A model generated the notes under the pieces. The model saw nothing but the letters and a program-made list of their open reading frames with translations. It was not told the DNA's origin and did not search any database. Source: Alphaproteobacteria bacterium (GTDB taxonomy: Bacteria > Pseudomonadota > Alphaproteobacteria > Bin95). From it: DNA of 64,000 bases. The position numbers and the translations under genes were made by a program. The first letter of the stretch is position 1, and the number at the start of each line of letters is the position of its first letter. The DNA lies in assembly GCA_965205265.1 (NCBI GenBank), contig CBDBGH010000003.1, forward strand, positions 3,968,001 to 4,032,000, read 5' to 3'. Positions 59,408 to 64,000 of this stretch are shown piece by piece.

Positions 59408-60088
59408 TCAATCCAGCCAAACGGGGTCCTTCAGGCCGGCGATGAACGCCTTGTGGGCGGCCAGTTCCTCCGGCGTCGGCGCATGGGGCCGGGGCGGACG
59501 GAAGGGATTGCCGGCTCGCGTTTTCTCCACGGTTCCGGTATCGCCGCCGGCGCCGGCCTGGAACGCAAGGCCCGGCTGGCGGCCTCCGGTCAGGTGCAGA
59601 TAGACCTCCGCCAGCAGGCGGCAGTCGATGAGCGCGCCGTGCAGCGTGCGAACCGAGAGGTCGATCTCGAACCGCTTGCAAAGCGCGTCCAGGCTGTTCG
59701 GCGCCCCGGCAAAGCGGCTGCGCGCCATCTGCAGCGTATCGACCAGCCGCTCCCCGGCGAGCGGCGGCAGGCCGAGCCGGGCGAATTCGGCATTGAGGAA
59801 GCCGGCGTCGAAGGGCGCGTTGTGGATCACCAGCGGCGCATCGCCGACATATTCCAGGAACCCTCCCGCAATCTCGGCGAAGCGCGGCTTGCCGCGGAGG
59901 AAGTCTTCCGACAACTCGTGGATGCGATAGGCTTCCTCCGGCATGTCCCGTTCGGGATCGATATAGCTGTGCCAGTGCGAGCCGGTCGGAACGCGGTTCA
60001 CCAGCTCCAGAGCGCCGATTTCCACGACGCGGTGCCCGTCAGCCGGGTCGAGCCCGGTGGTCTCGGTGTCGAGGACAATCTCACGCAT
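59408..60088 (-). CDS. dnaQ: DNA polymerase III subunit epsilon
   Basis: LDTETTG, HNAPFD, SLDALC, HGALID, TGGRQ. Confidence 0.96.
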   Translation of the reverse strand: MREIVLDTETTGLDPADGHRVVEIGALELVNRVPTGSHWHSYIDPERDMPEEAYRIHELSEDFLRGKPRFAEIAGGFLEYVGDAPLVIHNAPFDAGFLNAEFARLGLPPLAGERLVDTLQMARSRFAGAPNSLDALCKRFEIDLSVRTLHGALIDCRLLAEVYLHLTGGRQPGLAFQAGAGGDTGTVEKTRAGNPFRPPRPHAPTPEELAAHKAFIAGLKDPVWLD

Positions 60089-60749
60089 CCCGTTTTCCTC
60101 CCTTGCCGAACCGCCGCCGCGTTATGCGCCGCAAACGCTTCGAATGGCGCCGCCGGCGCAGCATGGCCCGCAGCCGGTCGCGGGTCAGCCGTCGGCCGGC
60201 GCCCGTCGGCACCACAATATCGGCGCGCTTGCACTTTTCCGCATCCGCCATCTGTTTCGCCCGCACGGATTCGAGCAGCTCCCTCGTGACGCCGGGGCGG
60301 GCCAGCACCCGGGCCGCCTGGATATGCGCCGGCGCGGAGACGACGACAGTCCAGTCGCAGCGCCTCTCGCCGCCCGTCTCGAACAGGAGCGGCACATCGC
60401 GCACCACCGCCCGCCGGCGCTCGCGCGCGGCCCGGCGCAGAAAGGCGCGCTCGGCCCGCCCGACCAGCGGATGCACGATGCGCTCCAGCCGCCGGAGCGC
60501 ATCCGTATCCGCGAACACGAGGTCTCCGAGCGCGCGCCGGTTGACCGCGCCGTCGCAGACCGTGCCCGGAAAGGCCGCATCGATGGGCGCCACGGCCGCC
60601 CCGTCGGCCGCCATCATGCGGTGCACGGCGGCATCGGCGTCGAACACGGGGCACCCCGCCTCGCGCAGCATGGCGGCGGCGGTGCTCTTGCCCATGCCGA
60701 TGGAGCCGGTGAGGCCGATCACGCGAGGAACGGTGCGCCGGCGTTTCAC
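60081..60749 (-). CDS. coaE: Dephospho-CoA kinase
   Basis: GLTGSIGMGKST, DADAAVH, LERIVHPLV, DVPLLFE. Confidence 0.95.
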   Translation of the reverse strand: MKRRRTVPRVIGLTGSIGMGKSTAAAMLREAGCPVFDADAAVHRMMAADGAAVAPIDAAFPGTVCDGAVNRRALGDLVFADTDALRRLERIVHPLVGRAERAFLRRAARERRRAVVRDVPLLFETGGERRCDWTVVVSAPAHIQAARVLARPGVTRELLESVRAKQMADAEKCKRADIVVPTGAGRRLTRDRLRAMLRRRRHSKRLRRITRRRFGKGGKRDA

Positions 60750-61600
60750 AGTGTGGCCAGCACGCTCTTGCGGAGCGCATCGTCCACTTCCGGGTCGGTG
60801 CCGAACCAGACTGCAAAGCCGGGCCGGGCCTGGTGCAGCAGCATGCCGAACCCGTCCACCGCGGCGAGGCCGCGCCGGCGCGCGACGGCCAGCAGCGGCG
60901 TTTCGAGCGGGACATAGACGATGTCGTTCACGACCGCGCCTTCCGGCAGCGCGTCGAGGGTAATTTCCAGCGGCGGGCCGCCGGTCATGCCGAGGCTGGT
61001 CGTGTTGACGAGAAGGCCCGCGCCGTCGAGCGCCGCATCCCGCTCCTCCCAGGCGACCGTCGTCATCGGCCCGCCGATCTCTTCCACGACTTTTTCGGCC
61101 CGCGCCGCCGTGCGGTTGGCGAGCCGCACTTCCGACGCGCCCGCATCGACGAGCGCCGCCGCCACCGCCCGCGCCGAGCCGCCCGCGCCCAGCACGACCG
61201 CCACGCCCGGCCGCCAGTCCGGCGCGGACGCACGCAGGTGCTCCAGGAAGCCGTAAGCATCCGTGTTGCTGCCATGCAGCGAGCCGTCCTCGCGCGCCAC
61301 CACCGTGTTGACCGCGCCGATCCGCCGCGCGACCGGGTCCGTCTCGTCCACCGCCCGGAGCGCGGTCTCCTTGTGCGGCAGGGTGACATTGGTGCCGGAG
61401 AAGCCCAGCCGCGGCAGCATGCGGATGGCGTCGTAGCCGTGCTCGGGGCGCACGGAATAGGGGATATAGGCGCCGTCTATGCCGTAGCGCGCGAGCCAGT
61501 GGCCGTGAATCGCGGGCGAGCGCGAATGAGAGACCGGCCAGCCCATGATGCCGGCCACCTTCGCCGCCCCCGTCAACACGGCCATTTCAGCATGCCCCAT
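60746..61600 (-). CDS. aroE: Shikimate dehydrogenase
   Basis: GWPVSHSRSP..H, NVTLPHK, GAVNT, NTD, LGAGG, NRT, DIVY.P; start at 61600 or 61585. Confidence 0.95.
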   Translation of the reverse strand: MGHAEMAVLTGAAKVAGIMGWPVSHSRSPAIHGHWLARYGIDGAYIPYSVRPEHGYDAIRMLPRLGFSGTNVTLPHKETALRAVDETDPVARRIGAVNTVVAREDGSLHGSNTDAYGFLEHLRASAPDWRPGVAVVLGAGGSARAVAAALVDAGASEVRLANRTAARAEKVVEEIGGPMTTVAWEERDAALDGAGLLVNTTSLGMTGGPPLEITLDALPEGAVVNDIVYVPLETPLLAVARRRGLAAVDGFGMLLHQARPGFAVWFGTDPEVDDALRKSVLATL

Positions 61601-61601
61601 T

Positions 61602-62213
61602 TCAGCACGCCCATGCCGGCACCCCCTCGCCGCGCAGGAATTCCAGCAGCGCCAGCAGCGGCAGTCCCAGCACGGTGAAGAAGTTCCCCTCCACGCGCTC
61701 GAACAACTGCGCCCCCGGCCCCTCCAATTGGTAGGCGCCGACCGATGCGAGCGCCGCAGGCCCGACAACCGTCAGATAGGCGTCGATGGCCGCCGGGGTC
61801 AGGGACCGCACGGCGAGCCGGGCGCGTTCCGTCCGCTTCCAGAGGACGATCCCGTCCCTGAGCGCAACGGCCGCCGTCACCAGTTCATGCTCGCGGCCCG
61901 CAAAGGCGGCGAGATGGGCGGCCGCTTCGCCCAGATTCCGCGGCTTGTCGAAACGCCGGTCGCCCATGACGAGCAATTGGTCCGCGCCAAGCACCAGCCG
62001 GCCGGGATGCGTCGCCGCGACGGCCGCCGCCTTGGCTTCCGCCAGCGCCAGCGCAAGGGCGTCGTGGTCGAGCCCGCCGAACTCTGCCTTTACCCGGTCT
62101 TCGTCAACGCCGGAGGCGATCTGCTCGACCGGCACCCCGGCGGCGGCGAGCAGGCGCGCCCGCACGGCGCTGGCAGAGGCCAGGATCGGCGGTTCAACCC
62201 GCCGCGCTGCCAT
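61602..62213 (-). CDS. maf: Maf family nucleotide pyrophosphatase
   Basis: ILASAS..R..LL, VDE, LGADQ, KP, VGAYQLEG, LGLPL. Confidence 0.93.
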   Translation of the reverse strand: MAARRVEPPILASASAVRARLLAAAGVPVEQIASGVDEDRVKAEFGGLDHDALALALAEAKAAAVAATHPGRLVLGADQLLVMGDRRFDKPRNLGEAAAHLAAFAGREHELVTAAVALRDGIVLWKRTERARLAVRSLTPAAIDAYLTVVGPAALASVGAYQLEGPGAQLFERVEGNFFTVLGLPLLALLEFLRGEGVPAWAC

Positions 62214-63024
62214 GGGCGCGCTCCTCCAGCAGGCGGATGATGCCGGCAGCCGTTTCCTCGATGGACCGCCGGGTGACGTCTATGGACGGCCAGCCTTTTT
62301 CGGAAAAGAGACGGCGCGAGGCTGCCACCTCGGTCCGCACCCGGTCGAGGTCCACATAGTCGGTCTCGCGCTGCTCATGCAATGTGCGCAAGCGATTGCG
62401 GCGCACCTGCACCAGCCGGTCCGGATCGACTGTGAGGCCCACCACCAGCGGACGCGTCAATTGCATCACCTGCTCCGGCAGCGGCACTTCCGGCACGAAG
62501 GGCACATTCGCGGCCTTGTAGCCGAGATTGGCGAGATAGATGCAGGTCGGCGTCTTGGAGCTGCGGGAGACGCCGATCACGACGATATCCGCGTTGTCCA
62601 GGTCGTCGCTCATCTGGCCGTCGTCATGCACCATGGTGAACTGCATGGCGTCGATGCGGTCGAAATACCTGTCATCGAGCTTCTGGCGCCGGCCGGGGCG
62701 GTGATGCGCCGGCCGGCCGGCCCATTCGCTGATGGCCGTCACCGGTTCGTCGAGCAGCGAGACGAAGGGCGCCCCGGCCTCCCGGCAGGCAACCTCAAGC
62801 CTATGGCGGAGCTCATCGTTGACCACGGTTGCAAGCACCACGCCCGGCGTTGCACGTATGCCCTCGATCACACCGAGAAGCTGGTCCGTATTTCGAACGA
62901 GGACCCAGAAATGCTCCCAGACCGCTATGCCGTCGAACTGGCTGACGCAGGCCCGGCCGAGCGTGCGCACGGTCTCGCCGGTCGCATCGGAGACCAGATG
63001 CAGGTGAACGACCGGATTATCCAC
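62194..63024 (-). CDS. Pyruvate,phosphate/water dikinase regulatory kinase-pyrophosphorylase (DUF299, PDRP)
   Basis: LVSDATGET, HDDG, GVSRSSKTPTCIYLA, ANVP, IDVTRRSIEETA. Confidence 0.93.
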   Translation of the reverse strand: MDNPVVHLHLVSDATGETVRTLGRACVSQFDGIAVWEHFWVLVRNTDQLLGVIEGIRATPGVVLATVVNDELRHRLEVACREAGAPFVSLLDEPVTAISEWAGRPAHHRPGRRQKLDDRYFDRIDAMQFTMVHDDGQMSDDLDNADIVVIGVSRSSKTPTCIYLANLGYKAANVPFVPEVPLPEQVMQLTRPLVVGLTVDPDRLVQVRRNRLRTLHEQRETDYVDLDRVRTEVAASRRLFSEKGWPSIDVTRRSIEETAAGIIRLLEERAHGSAAG

Positions 63025-63282
63025 GCAACCTCCGGGGAAAAGCAGTGAAGAACCGGAAGCCACTGATAACACACCCGACTCTCCCCCCGCGCCCCCAAAC
63101 CTTCCCCAGCCTGAAAAGAACAACTTCAATCCCGTGGATAACGGGAGCAGGCATATCCCGATGCAGCTTCCCGGAATGACGGGCAAGGGATAATGCCTGT
63201 TTCCACAGCCGGGAGCGGCTATATAGAAAAAACAAGAATTCGGAATCTCTTCTATCCGGTTAAGGAAGCGCTGCCGGCCGGC
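63017..63282. other. Candidate chromosomal replication origin (oriC)
   Basis: Between divergent PDRP gene and hemE, the known alphaproteobacterial oriC location; DnaA-box-like ttatccacg (63017), cgtggataa (63133), gtttccaca (63199); AT-rich tract ~63220-63262; GANTC at 63077 and 63243. Confidence 0.75.
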
Positions 63283-64000
63283 ATGGTCAAACCCCTCCTG
63301 AGAGCCCTTGCAGGCGAGGCCGTGCGCCCGGCGCCGTTCTGGCTGATGCGCCAGGCCGGGCGCTACCTGCCGGAATACCGGAAGCTGCGCGCCTCGGCGG
63401 ACGGCTTCCTCGACCTTTGCTTCTCCCCGGCGCTCGCATCCGAGATCACGCTGCAGCCGGTGCGCCGCTTCGAACCCGATGCCGCGATCCTGTTCTCGGA
63501 CATCCTGACGATTCCCTACGCCATGGGCCAGGAGGTGCGTTTCGTGGAAGGAAGGGGACCCGTCCTCGGCCCTCTCGATCCTGCCGCCTTGCGTCCCGTC
63601 GGGGAGCGGTTGAAGCCGGTTTACGAGACGGTGAGCCTGGTGCGCGCCGGTCTGCCCCGCGAAACGGCGCTGATCGGGTTTGCAGGCGCTCCCTGGACGG
63701 TGGCGGCCTATATGGTCGAAGGAGGCTCCAGCCGCGACTGGCTCAAGGTGCGGCGGATGGCGTTCGGCGAGGCGGAGCGCTTCGCGGCGCTGATCGACCG
63801 GCTCGTGGACGCCACCATCGATCATCTGGCAGCGCAGGCAGCGGCCGGGGCGGAGGCGCTGCAGCTTTTCGAAAGCTGGGCGGGCCTGTTGCCGCCTTCC
63901 GGCATGAGGCGCTGGTGCCTGGAGCCGACGCGGCGAATTGCGGCGGCCCTGAAGGAACGCCATCCCTCCGTGCCGCTGATCCTCTTTCCGCGCGGCGCAG
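63283..64000 (+). CDS. hemE: Uroporphyrinogen decarboxylase (3' partial)
   Basis: Hand translation MVKPLLRAL...FWLMRQAGRYLPEYR...AAILFSDIL...IGFAGAPWTVAAY; absent from the ORF track because it runs off the window. Confidence 0.95.
   Translation, partial: MVKPLLRALAGEAVRPAPFWLMRQAGRYLPEYRKLRASADGFLDLCFSPALASEITLQPVRRFEPDAAILFSDILTIPYAMGQEVRFVEGRGPVLGPLDPAALRPVGERLKPVYETVSLVRAGLPRETALIGFAGAPWTVAAYMVEGGSSRDWLKVRRMAFGEAERFAALIDRLVDATIDHLAAQAAAGAEALQLFESWAGLLPPSGMRRWCLEPTRRIAAALKERHPSVPLILFPRGA

Overview
High-GC chromosomal segment of an alphaproteobacterium (inferred from class I LysRS, the hemE/PDRP-maf-aroE-coaE-dnaQ origin neighbourhood and GANTC sites). It runs from the mnmG-rsmG-parA-parB/parS cluster near the left end to a candidate oriC and hemE at the right end. 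Housekeeping genes include metF, mlaAC, cobST, moaB, a lytic transglycosylase, UDG, ETF-QO, ispE, lpxD, dinG, lysS and galU-ugd-pgm. A complete clade I nosRZDFYLX + cytochrome c cluster has a divergent DNR-type regulator and an FNR/DNR box. Small accessory modules sit at gene junctions without any integrase: MazEF-like TA, an unknown two-gene ART-like pair, orphan HicB with a HicA stump, HipA kinase + HipS-HIRAN, small protein + Fic, and LysE. Two of these are bracketed by diverged duplicates of the 3' end of the upstream gene. The most novel-looking signals are: (1) an unannotated, probably leaderless uORF MVRWLRRRRG (CGA-CGA-CGA-CGC) whose Leu/Arg codons can pair with the SD region of a GNAT-LysE operon, i.e. 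a candidate ribosome-stalling translational switch; (2) the ART-like pair inserted at lpxD; (3) a 174-bp MITE inserted in the overlapping stop codons of mlaC and parB; (4) REP-like mosaics, including one element whose spacer is inverted relative to its flanks. I saw no tRNA, rRNA or CRISPR array. All calls come from reading sequence and motifs by eye; no database searches were run.
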